The notes beneath the pieces are model-generated. The model was not told the DNA's origin, did not search any database, and was given only the letters and a program-made list of their open reading frames with translations. From the NCBI GenBank assembly GCA_963735035.1, contig CAVTJJ010000006.1, forward strand, positions 480,001-544,000: a stretch of DNA of 64,000 bases, written 5' to 3'. The position numbers and the translations under genes were made by a program. The stretch is from an uncultured candidate division Zixibacteria bacterium. GTDB lineage: Bacteria; Zixibacteria; MSB-5A5; GN15; FEB-12. This document shows, one piece after another, positions 51,933-61,454 of the stretch. Every line of letters starts with the position of its first letter. Position 1 is the stretch's first letter.

Positions 51933-52550
51933 TTAGTTAGAGTAGACCTTTTTCAGGTGCGGAGATTCCATGAGATCGACCGGAGCGACCACCGGCTCTT
52001 GAAGCGGGATGGAATCGCCATACCTCTCCTGAAGCTTGGCTCGTACCGCCGGATGGTCCAATTGATAGCTGCCCAGCTGGCGCGGTGAGGACAGTTCGAT
52101 TCCGGCGCCATCCCGGTAAATCTTCCAAACCAGCTCCGAGCAGTACATCTGGGAGTCGCTCCAATTGAACACCTGGTCGTAGGGTTTACCGAGGTGTTGT
52201 TCGCCAATTTGCTGCATGCGCTTGATAATATCATCGGTTAGCTGCTGACCGGAACTGTCCAATCGGGAGGCGACAAAATGCCCGCCCACTCCGAGGCGGA
52301 TCCACTCCTGCAACGGAATCGTGCGGACCGGCCCGACCGCTTCATATACGACGAAATCGCGATCCTTCTCAAAGATGATGCCGCAATGAGTATACGGTGA
52401 GCCGGTGGCCAGTTTGATCGCCTGACCCTGGGGTGATTCGAGGTCCTGAAATACAATATCACCCGCCTTCGGGGCGTAACCGGAGAAATAAGAACAGCCG
52501 ACTACAATGAAAGCGACGGCTATTAAGACGGCTGTAAGAATTCGGACCAT
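51933..52550 (-). CDS. YiiX/YebB-like permuted NlpC/P60 lipoprotein
   Basis: Lipobox VVGC; GDIVFQ, SPYTHCGI, VYEA, GKPYD, MYCSELVWKIY. Confidence 0.9.
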   Translation of the reverse strand: MVRILTAVLIAVAFIVVGCSYFSGYAPKAGDIVFQDLESPQGQAIKLATGSPYTHCGIIFEKDRDFVVYEAVGPVRTIPLQEWIRLGVGGHFVASRLDSSGQQLTDDIIKRMQQIGEQHLGKPYDQVFNWSDSQMYCSELVWKIYRDGAGIELSSPRQLGSYQLDHPAVRAKLQERYGDSIPLQEPVVAPVDLMESPHLKKVYSN

Positions 52551-52650
52551 ACTCAGACTCCCTGTACAAAATTTCCTGAGACAATAGGGGAGATGGCCCT
52601 GAGATTGTCAACAAAGAAAGGGGCTGCTGAGCACGCCTCAAAGGTATGGC

Positions 52651-54237
52651 TCAGTTGAACGGAGTCGGGCAGTACGAACTTGCTGACTGCATCACATTGC
52701 TACCACTCGGGGGCGCACCGGAAAACGAGCGATCTATATTGATCGTAACATGGCCGGCGTTAGGCGCCCAGTCCCACTGGAGAAGTTCGGCTACACTATT
52801 TCTGGTCGCATTGGCGACCACAACATTTGCCACCTGAGGGTTGTTAATGCGGGTTAGTGACAAGGACACCTCGAAGAAATTCGAATTGTTTGTGATGGAA
52901 AGGTCCTCAACCAGTCCTTGACCAGTCCAAGAAGTGCCTGTCCAGCGCCCCACAGAATCTCCGTGGTTGCCTATCACGAGTCGGTAGTCAGCACCGATGT
53001 CGCCAATTGGAATGGGCTGGACTAGGTTATTGACTGTTCGAGCTCCTGTTGTACTGTCTTGATCGACATCTATAAAGATTGCTACGTCGATGCCGGTTTC
53101 GGCATTTTTGTAATCACTCCAGCCATTATAAGTTTCGATTCGGAACTGCAGCTTCAAGTTCGTTGTACGCGCATATATCCGGCTCAGATTTCGTGGAATA
53201 GACTCATTGTTGTCCTCTACCAGCAATCGCCAGAGGTAGTGAACCGTATCGATAGCCGTCGTCGCACTGTTGCCGGTATCATCATAAGCGACAGCATAGA
53301 CTGTGTGGTTTGTTCCCAGCACCAACCCGGTCGGTTTCCAGATTCCTTCGTACGGATAAGTAGTATCGTCTGCTCCGACGATATGAGCGCCGTCGGCGTA
53401 GAATTCAACCCGGTTGATCCGATCGTTGTCCGATGCGTTCACCTTAATTATGATCGAGTCTTTGAATACCGTGTTATTCACAGGCCCCACCAGCGCGATG
53501 GTCGGAGGGACTGCATCGGCTATGGTGTGAAAATGCCAGACGTAGGGTGCAGCCAGATGATTGCCGGCACTGTCACGAACGGCCGTGGTGATAGTAGCTG
53601 TGTAGTCGCCTGGAAGCTCAAGCGGCTGGCTGGGAGTGATCGTGACCTGTTGCTTAGAGATATGTGCGAACGTGCCTGAGATATCCGGGCTGAATGTGAT
53701 GTTGGTACCATTCAATGTAGTCGTGTCCATGGCTTCGGAGAAATTCACGACGATTGAAGAGTTCACGGTCGCGGAATCGCCTTCGCCCGGATCGGTTGAA
53801 GTGACTGTCGGTCGAACCGTGTCGGCGTAGGTAGTAAACTCCCAGACATAGGCGGTTGCCAGTGCGTTCCCGGCGGTGTCTTTCGCGGCGGTCGTGACGG
53901 TGGCGTGGTAAGTGATATTTGTGTCGAGCCCGCTGGTTGGAGTCAGGGTTAGGACGTTGCCGGAATATCCAATCGTTCCGGCTGCTGAAGGATTTAGTAC
54001 CACGGTCCCGGCGACCATGGTGGACTGGTTCATCGCCTCGGAAAAAGTAACGCTGATAGCGGAATGAACGGAGACTGTCGAAGCGCCATCCGTAGGAACC
54101 GTATTCAAAACAGTCGGGGGGGTTTTGTCTTTGGGGTCGCTCTTGACCGGGCTGTCGCCGCAGGATCCAAAGCAAAGAAGCAGGCCCAGGGGGAAAAGTA
54201 CTGTTAAGACTACAATGTGAGCAAATCGGTTCATCAT
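52651..54237 (-). CDS. Lipoprotein with tandem Ig-like (SbsA/Big_5-type) domains
   Basis: Lipobox-like FGSC; repeated P.V..T.P...FSEAM...KD.AGN.LA..YVW.F.T. Confidence 0.8.
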   Translation of the reverse strand: MMNRFAHIVVLTVLFPLGLLLCFGSCGDSPVKSDPKDKTPPTVLNTVPTDGASTVSVHSAISVTFSEAMNQSTMVAGTVVLNPSAAGTIGYSGNVLTLTPTSGLDTNITYHATVTTAAKDTAGNALATAYVWEFTTYADTVRPTVTSTDPGEGDSATVNSSIVVNFSEAMDTTTLNGTNITFSPDISGTFAHISKQQVTITPSQPLELPGDYTATITTAVRDSAGNHLAAPYVWHFHTIADAVPPTIALVGPVNNTVFKDSIIIKVNASDNDRINRVEFYADGAHIVGADDTTYPYEGIWKPTGLVLGTNHTVYAVAYDDTGNSATTAIDTVHYLWRLLVEDNNESIPRNLSRIYARTTNLKLQFRIETYNGWSDYKNAETGIDVAIFIDVDQDSTTGARTVNNLVQPIPIGDIGADYRLVIGNHGDSVGRWTGTSWTGQGLVEDLSITNNSNFFEVSLSLTRINNPQVANVVVANATRNSVAELLQWDWAPNAGHVTINIDRSFSGAPPSGSNVMQSASSYCPTPFN

Positions 54238-54322
54238 ATTTTGATAACAACTCCGCCAGTCTGTATTATACAGCAAAGGGTGAGCCTATCGGGACATTTT
54301 TTGGCCATTGATCCGGGTTCTG

Positions 54323-56161
54323 TCAGGGCGAGACCAAAACGGTTCGGTTGCTTCCTACCGCGACCGACCTCCCGCCTCCAACCGCCAGGCCCTTTAGCGA
54401 ATAGTCTGTCAGACTCGCGAGTGCTTCCCAGGAGGAACCGTCCGCGGAAACTGCCATAGTGCCGCCGCGACCGCAAGCGACCAGGCGAGTGCCGGTCCAG
54501 GCAAGATCATAGAGAAAATCATGCACCGGTATATCGTAGGCCTGCCAGTGAACGGCATCGGTCGAGACATAGGCGTGTCCCTGTAGTCCGGCCGGAGGAG
54601 TATCGGTCGTTCCTACGGCGCAATAGATCGAGCCGGTCCAAACCAATCGAGAAATCGTTGGTTCAGTGTCGGTCGAATCGACCGCCGGTTTCGCCCAGTC
54701 CATGCCATCATCCGAAGTGTAAACTATTCCGGTGGCCGCCGCGAGATAGCGGGAGCCGTCCCAGATCACAGTGCGAAGAGTCACGCTGTCGCCGACGAAA
54801 TAAGGCGTCCACGCTTGACCGTCTCCCGAGAGAAAGACAGTTCCATCCTGTCCGCACGCGACGAAGTTGCCATTACCCCAGGTGATATCTTTGAGAACAA
54901 CATCCTGAAATGCGAGTGTCTTTGCCCAGGTATGGCCGTCGGCCGAAGAATATATCTCGTTTGGGACGCCATAGGCGCCACCCAACGCGGCATAGATGCT
55001 GCCGGAAAAGGCCAAACGGTCGAACCAGACTGAGGCGTGGCTGTGGGTTTCACTCCAAGTGGTACCGTTCGTGGAGCGCATGACTGTCCCTCGATCGGTG
55101 ACGGCGACAAATTCCGTTCCGTTCCAGAGGACACCCGTCATCTCGGCTCCTGAAGTGACAATGGGCAATTGATTTGGAGCCGTTCCCGCGAGGACATAAC
55201 CTCCACTGCCTCCGACCAGAACCTGGTTCTTAAATGCGCCCACACAAGTGAGGGAGAAGGGTGCTTCGGTGCTTTGCTGTGTCCATGCCGTGCCGTCGTT
55301 AGAACTGAACAAGAGGCCGTCAGGGTAGCCGAGCTGGTACCCAGTTCCCTCGCCGACTGCCACCAGAGCGCTTCCAGTCCAGAACAAATCATGGATGTAC
55401 CATGCATCGATCCCCGCCTGCACAAACCAGTTGGAGCCATTGGCAGAGCGGTAGACGTGGCAGCGATCCGTAGGACCGGCCAGGGGATCGACTGCAACCA
55501 TGTAAAAGGCGCTGTCGGCCGCGGTCACCGCCGGAAGCTGGGTATCGTCGCCAAATACCGTGGTGGCAGAATCCCAGGTGATAGCATCTTTGCTCCAGCG
55601 AACCCGGCCGTTGTCGGTGCAGGCCACCCAGGTACTATCCCTAAAGGCGACGTCAGAGAAGGCCTCAGTTGCGTCCTGACGGTGCAGAACCCAGTTGATC
55701 CCGTCGTCTGAGACATAGATCGACCCACCTTCGCCGACCGCCACAATCAGGCTGTCACTTTCTGCCAGTCCGGTCATGTTGGCGAGGTCGTCGATTCCGA
55801 CCCAGCGCCAATCGGTCCCATTAGAAGATACGATAAGTGTGCCGTTCATGCCCACCGCAACGAACAGGGAATCAAACCAGATGACATCCTGGAGTCCGTC
55901 GTTTGGTCCGCCTACCCGTCGCTGATCCCACTTGACGCCGTCGGTTGATGAGTACACGATGCCACCATCACCGACCAGCAGCGATAGATTGTCATTTGAG
56001 GCAAAAGCTCTCGGGGTGTTGGTGATACCTGTTTCGGCCAGTCGCCAGGAGGATCCGATCACGGTTGGGGTCGGCTCAGTGGCTTTTTTGTCATCACCGC
56101 AACCCCAAAATATCAGGGCAATAAAGGGCAGGCAGGCGAAAGCGGCAACGCGATGGGTCAT
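54323..56161 (-). CDS. Lipoprotein, BNR/Asp-box beta-propeller repeats
   Basis: FWGC lipobox; many VAVG..G....S.DG..W repeats. Confidence 0.85.
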   Translation of the reverse strand: MTHRVAAFACLPFIALIFWGCGDDKKATEPTPTVIGSSWRLAETGITNTPRAFASNDNLSLLVGDGGIVYSSTDGVKWDQRRVGGPNDGLQDVIWFDSLFVAVGMNGTLIVSSNGTDWRWVGIDDLANMTGLAESDSLIVAVGEGGSIYVSDDGINWVLHRQDATEAFSDVAFRDSTWVACTDNGRVRWSKDAITWDSATTVFGDDTQLPAVTAADSAFYMVAVDPLAGPTDRCHVYRSANGSNWFVQAGIDAWYIHDLFWTGSALVAVGEGTGYQLGYPDGLLFSSNDGTAWTQQSTEAPFSLTCVGAFKNQVLVGGSGGYVLAGTAPNQLPIVTSGAEMTGVLWNGTEFVAVTDRGTVMRSTNGTTWSETHSHASVWFDRLAFSGSIYAALGGAYGVPNEIYSSADGHTWAKTLAFQDVVLKDITWGNGNFVACGQDGTVFLSGDGQAWTPYFVGDSVTLRTVIWDGSRYLAAATGIVYTSDDGMDWAKPAVDSTDTEPTISRLVWTGSIYCAVGTTDTPPAGLQGHAYVSTDAVHWQAYDIPVHDFLYDLAWTGTRLVACGRGGTMAVSADGSSWEALASLTDYSLKGLAVGGGRSVAVGSNRTVLVSP

Positions 56162-56288
56162 ATTAGCTCTCCACGAATTAGGTCCAGCAATATATAGAGT
56201 GCCGAGTCGTTTACCAACCCTGCCGGAGCGCTTTTCCTTTGCGCTGAGAAGGCCTCTGCTTTAGTTTGGCATTCGAAAGGAAGCATGT

Positions 56289-56876
56289 ATGCGTCGGCAG
56301 TCGAAATCACATACCGCAAGAAGTAATCGTCATACGGATTATACTACCGATACGGCTGTCCGGGACGAAGCCTTCTTGTTTTCTCTTATTGAGAAGACGA
56401 CCGCCCCGCCCTTCCTGTTGATCCTCGACAACGTCCAGGACCCCCACAACCTGGGTGCTTGTCTTCGGAGCGCCGACGGCGCCGGTGTACAAGCAGTGAT
56501 AATTCCCAAAGACCGCTCGGTTCATCTCACGGATACGGTTCGATCTATCGCCTGCGGGGCGGCTGAGCACATACCTCTGGTCGAAGTGACCAATCTGGCG
56601 CGAGTTTTGGATCAGTTGAAAGACCAGGGGGTATGGCTGGTCGGGACCGCCGACCAGGCGCCCAAGTCACTGTACGAGCTCGACTTGACCGGGCCACTGG
56701 CACTGGTCATGGGCTCGGAAGGGAAGGGGCTTCGACGCCTGACCGCCGAAAAGTGCGATTTCCTCGCCTCGATTCCCATGTACGGCAAGGTGGAGAGCCT
56801 GAACGTGTCGGTCGCCACAGGGGTATGTCTTTACGAAGCGGTCAGGCAACGCCGTGGCCGACCCAGGACCCCATAG
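56289..56876 (+). CDS. rlmB: RlmB-like TrmH/SPOUT RNA 2'-O-methyltransferase (short N-terminus)
   Basis: [44 protein letters not shown]. Confidence 0.8.
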   Translation: MRRQSKSHTARSNRHTDYTTDTAVRDEAFLFSLIEKTTAPPFLLILDNVQDPHNLGACLRSADGAGVQAVIIPKDRSVHLTDTVRSIACGAAEHIPLVEVTNLARVLDQLKDQGVWLVGTADQAPKSLYELDLTGPLALVMGSEGKGLRRLTAEKCDFLASIPMYGKVESLNVSVATGVCLYEAVRQRRGRPRTP

Positions 56877-56955
56877 CCCACCTCTTTCTCAGGAACTACC
56901 AGACACCCCAGGCGTTCACAATCAAAACCTCGAACTAACAGACAAGGAGTTTTCA

Positions 56956-57336
56956 TTGGCCCCGATTCTCATAGCCGGTACTATAATCGTCAATCTGGCC
57001 CTGCTCTTCTATTCCATAGGAATCATTACCGAGCAGCGGCGACACCGCGTAACTCAGAGGGTCCTGACCTTTCTGGTACTCGGGGTAATTTTCGATGTCA
57101 CGGCGACCGTCTGCATGATCGCAGGATCACCCAATCCGCCTTATTCGCTCCACGGCCTGCTGGGGTATTCTTCATTGGCTGCGATGCTGGTCGAAACGAT
57201 TTCGGCCTGGCGTCATCGCTCTCGCAACGGTGATGGGGAAGTAAGCCGCAAACTGCATCTCTACTCCCGGATCGCGTATATCTGGTGGGTGACGGCCTAT
57301 ATCACCGGAGCCCTGCTGGTCATGGGTCGTCGATAA
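56956..57336 (+). CDS. Small 4-TM membrane protein (HsmA/TIGR03987-like)
   Basis: TTG start after AAGGAG; four hydrophobic helices; FDVTATVCM, HGLLG. Confidence 0.65.
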   Translation: MAPILIAGTIIVNLALLFYSIGIITEQRRHRVTQRVLTFLVLGVIFDVTATVCMIAGSPNPPYSLHGLLGYSSLAAMLVETISAWRHRSRNGDGEVSRKLHLYSRIAYIWWVTAYITGALLVMGRR

Positions 57337-57509
57337 TCCGAATCGATATCCGCCCAAAGGAACCATTTTTCAAGCTTCGTGTTTCACAACGTAAGATGGA
57401 CAAAGAAGTGTCCATCTTCGAACTGTGCTAAGAAACGGACTGTTCATAGGTACACCGTCTCTGATAGCAGGCGAGACGATGAAGTGATGGTTTCTATAGG
57501 AGGTGCAAG

Positions 57510-58094
57510 ATGTTAAGACGCACGTTGTTAGCAATCGCGGTACTGACTTTGATCAGCGTCTCGGTCCAGGCCGATCAATGGCAGATTGACCCCGCCCATT
57601 CAAGCGTGAATTTCCAGGTTACCCATCTGGTGATTTCCAAAGTTAATGGCAAGTTCAGTGATTTCGCGGGTACCCTCAATTTTGACGGCAAGGATGTCTC
57701 GACGGGGAGTGTCGAAGTGACCGTCAAGACGGCCTCCGTCAACACCGGGGTGGACCAGCGCGACACCCACCTCAAGTCACCGGACTTCTTTGATGTCACC
57801 AAATTTCCGGAGATGACTTTCAAATCCAAGAAGATCATCAAGGGCTCCGGTGCGACTTTTCAGTTGGTCGGCGATTTGACCATGCACGGGGTCACCAAGG
57901 AAGTGACTTTCGATTGTGAGTTCTACGGCATGGCCGAAATGATGGGTGCGAAGAGGGTCGGCTTCAGCGCCAAGACCCGGATCAACCGCCAGGACTATGG
58001 CGTGTCCTATAATAAAGTGCTCGACACCGGCGGCCTGATGGTCAGCAATGATGTCGATATCAGTATCGAGCTCGAATTGAGTAAAGTAGGCTAA
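57510..58094 (+). CDS. yceI: YceI family protein
   Basis: WQIDPAHSSVNF, RDTHLKSPDFFD, GDLTMHGVTK, INRQDYG. Confidence 0.93.
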   Translation: MLRRTLLAIAVLTLISVSVQADQWQIDPAHSSVNFQVTHLVISKVNGKFSDFAGTLNFDGKDVSTGSVEVTVKTASVNTGVDQRDTHLKSPDFFDVTKFPEMTFKSKKIIKGSGATFQLVGDLTMHGVTKEVTFDCEFYGMAEMMGAKRVGFSAKTRINRQDYGVSYNKVLDTGGLMVSNDVDISIELELSKVG

Positions 58095-58106
58095 TTTCCG
58101 AGGGTT

Positions 58107-58146
58107 GCGGGCCGGTCCGACAGAAGGATCGGCCCGTCCTTTTTCT
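58107..58146 (+). terminator. Intrinsic terminator
   Basis: gggccggtcc...ggatcggccc followed by a T run. Confidence 0.65.
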
Positions 58147-58275
58147 CCTCCTGCCGGTCCAAATCCGTTTGACAGTGTTGGGGGATTATAATATCATGGT
58201 TTTCTTGACCCGGTGACCCCTGGTGGGGCCATCTTGTGGTTTGGACTGGTTTGTAGTTTTCCTGGAGGTTTGACA

Positions 58276-60355
58276 TTGAAGGAATTCACTACCGAGAATA
58301 TTCGCAATTTCTGTCTGGTCGGACAACGCGGCTGCGGCAAGAGCAGTCTGGCCGATGGTATAGCGTTTCACACCGGAGCCAACAACCGAATTGGACGTGT
58401 CGACGACGGCAGTTCGTACTTTGACTACAACGAAGCGGAGGTGACGCGCAAGTCGACGATATCAGCCAAGCTGATGGCGTCAACCTGGAAGAATCGCAAG
58501 CTCAATCTGCTCGACTGTCCGGGGCACGCCGATTTTGTCGGGGAATTGCTTTCGGGTGTGGCGGTGGCCGAATCAGCAGGGTTCTTGCTGGATGCGGTCT
58601 CAGGTGTCGAAGTGGGCACGCAACTCCAGTGGCGGATGATGCCTGCCCGGCTGGCCCGGTTCTTCTATGTCAACAAGATGGACAAGGAAAATGTGAATTG
58701 GCCGGCCACGGTCGGATCGATTCAGAACGCTTTTGGTAACCGGGCGGTCCCGGTGCAGATGCCTATGGGCCAGTCGGAATCGTTCACCGGTGTCATCGAT
58801 CTGGTTAACATGAAAGCCTATACCTACGCCGGCGGCAAACAAGTCGAAGGCGATATACCGGCCAATTTCAAGGCCGAGGCCGAGTCGATGCGCGAAAAGC
58901 TGGTGGAAACGGCCGCCGAGTCGGATGATGCTCTTCTGGAGAAATTCTTCGAAGAGGGGACTCTCGAAGTAGCTCAGATAATTCAGGGCATCCGCTCCGG
59001 ACTGGTCAAAGGGACGTTGTTCCCGATTCTGTTTCGGCTCCGCATCGAAGGATATCGGGACGCCGGCTCTTCTGGATTTTGCGATGGAATATCTTCCGGC
59101 CCCGAATCAGGGTCCAATGCCGGCGGCGGTGGCCACCGGTACCGATCAAACCGTAGAGGTCAAGACCGACCCGAACGGCCCGGTAGTGGCGGCCATTTTC
59201 AAGATGGTCACGGAAGGACATCTCGGCGAAATGACCTGGTTCAAGGTCTTCTCCGGCACTGTCCAGCCAGGTTCTGAATTACACAACCAGCAGACCAGCG
59301 CGAACGAAAGACTTACCCAGATCTATACCCTCCAGGGAAAGAACCGTATCGATTCACCGGCGCTGCATGCGGGTGATATTGGTGTGGCCGTAAAACTGAA
59401 AGATACTCACGCAGGTAACACGCTTACGACTAAGGACGCCAAGGTCAGCATCAAACCGATTACGTTCCCCAAGCCGGTAATGGATGTGGCCATTCGACCC
59501 AAGAAGAAGGGCGACGAAGAAAAGATCGCTTCCGGCTTGACCAAGCTGCACAGCGAGGATCCCACGTTCGAGTTGAAAGCCGATGCGGCGCTTAAGCAGC
59601 AGGTACTTTATGCTCAGGGCTCGACTCACATTGAAGTGCTGATGGATAAGTTGCAGAAGCGGTTCGGTGTCGAGTGTGAGTTAATGAAGCCGAAAGTACC
59701 GTATCGCGAAACGGTCATCTCCAAATCTGAAACCCAGTATCGGCACAAGAAGCAGAGCGGCGGGCGCGGTCAGTTCGGCGACGTTCACATCCGGATCGAA
59801 CCCAATGTTCGAGGCGGCGGATTTGAATTTCTCGACGAAATCAAGGGTGGTGTCATCCCCGGCAAGTTCATTCCGGCCGTGGAAAAAGGCATTGTCGAGG
59901 CGATGCAAGATGGCAATCTGTGCGGCGCCCCGATAGTAGATGTCAAGGTCGCCCTCTATTTCGGCTCCTACCACGACGTCGATTCCTCGGATATGGCCTT
60001 CAAGATTGCCGGTCTGATGGCATTCCGCGACGGTTATATGAAAGCCAAGCCGGTCATTCTGGAGCCGATCTGCAATATCGAGGTCCTGGTGCCGGACGAG
60101 TTCACGGGCGACGTTATGGGCGACCTGTCGTCGCGTCGCGGTAAGATCGCCGGGATGGAGCGCGAGGGTTCGTCGCAGCGTATCAAGGCCACCGTGCCCC
60201 AGTCGGAACTGTATCAGTACTCGGTCGATTTGCGGTCGATGACTCAGGGTCAGGGGTTCTATTCGATGGAATTTGATCGCTACGAGCAAGTGCCTCACGA
60301 AATCGCTCAGAAGATCATTGCCGAGGCCCAGGCCGCCAAACAGGCCGAATCATAG
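58276..60355 (+). CDS. fusA: Elongation factor G paralog (EF-G2-like), +1 frameshift at 59032-59034
   Basis: DCPGH, NKMD, YRETV, KKQSGGRGQFG, GSYHDVDSSDMAF, LRSMTQG; removing one T gives LFGSASKDIGTPALLDFAMEYLP and fuses the two ORFs. Confidence 0.88.
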
Positions 60356-60391
60356 GGGTACGACGGGATTCTTAGGCAATAGACACGCCTT

Positions 60392-60420
60392 AGGCGGGCC
60401 GGTGACGGCCCGCCTTTTTT
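60392..60420 (+). terminator. Intrinsic terminator
   Basis: aggcgggcc-ggtgac-ggcccgcct followed by a T run. Confidence 0.8.
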
Positions 60421-60454
60421 GTATTAATGTGATGCGTTCTTGCCGAACTTGTTA

Positions 60455-60483
60455 TTGACAGATGAACAAATGGGCAGTAGTCT
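60455..60483 (+). promoter_or_regulatory. Putative lexA promoter
   Basis: TTGACA-17 nt-TAGTCT; a TATAAT also lies at 60497. Confidence 0.5.
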
Positions 60484-60520
60484 GCCGGTGGATGTGTATA
60501 ATACTCCGAAAGGCGGCATT

Positions 60521-61138
60521 ATGACCCGGCCGGAACTTACCGAGCGTCAGCGACTCATACTCGACTTTGTCGAAAATCTGATCACCGAGAAAGGGCAAGC
60601 CCCGACTATCCGTGAGATCGGTGAAAAGTTCGGCATCAGTTCTACTAACGGAGTCAGGACGCATCTGGATGCGCTGGTCAGGAAAGGCTACCTCAAGAAG
60701 TCCGACAATATTTCCCGGGGGTTAGAGATGACTCGTCGTTTCTCCGCGGGTACGGGTCGTATACCTCTGGTGGGTCTGGTGCCTGCCGGTCAGCCGATCG
60801 ATTCGGCGGAGAATATCGAAGGGGAGATCGTCCTGGACATTTCATTCCTGCCCAAAGGAGATTCGTTCAGTCTCACGGTCAAAGGCGATTCCATGGTCGA
60901 GGCGGGGATACATGACAAGGATGTGGTGATTGTGCGCAAGCAGAGTGTGGCCCAAAAAGGTGATATTGTCGTAGCTCTTATCAACGGCGAGGCGACGGTT
61001 AAGCGTTATTTCCCCGAGGGTCAAAGCATTCGTCTGCAGCCGGAGAATGCCGCCTACGAGCCGATTTATGTCAATCGAAAATCGGGTGACTTTATGATAG
61101 CCGGTAAAGTGGTGGGACTGCTGCGCCGAATTGCGTGA
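60521..61138 (+). CDS. lexA: SOS repressor LexA
   Basis: LTERQ...PTIREIG...HLDALVRKGYL; VPAG cleavage site, VKGDSM, ATVKR. Confidence 0.96.
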   Translation: MTRPELTERQRLILDFVENLITEKGQAPTIREIGEKFGISSTNGVRTHLDALVRKGYLKKSDNISRGLEMTRRFSAGTGRIPLVGLVPAGQPIDSAENIEGEIVLDISFLPKGDSFSLTVKGDSMVEAGIHDKDVVIVRKQSVAQKGDIVVALINGEATVKRYFPEGQSIRLQPENAAYEPIYVNRKSGDFMIAGKVVGLLRRIA

Positions 61139-61151
61139 TCGCTGATTGTGC

Positions 61152-61439
61152 TCAGGCTACGGTTGTGCTGAACTGATGTTTGGCGCCGGCGCGTTCTTCG
61201 TGGACCACTCGTCGGTAGAACTCACACATATGACAGGGAGTGCCGTTGCATACGGGTAGTCGTGACAGGCAGTTGGTCTCGCGGACCATCCAACAGGCGC
61301 GTCCCCCGGCCACACCGCCATTGGTGCCGTCAAAAGCCATGGCTGTAGCGGTCGGGCATTCTCCCATCGTGCCAACCATAAGTCCGCCCTTTTCCCGACC
61401 GCAGTTTCTGTATTCCCAGCAGTTCAACTTGCGCTCCAT
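61152..61439 (-). CDS. Small Cys-rich 'two-CW'-type domain protein
   Basis: LNCWEYRNCGRE...CP...GTNGG...GRACW...CHMCEFY. Confidence 0.85.
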   Translation of the reverse strand: MERKLNCWEYRNCGREKGGLMVGTMGECPTATAMAFDGTNGGVAGGRACWMVRETNCLSRLPVCNGTPCHMCEFYRRVVHEERAGAKHQFSTTVA

Positions 61440-61454
61440 TGCGGACTCTCCGAC

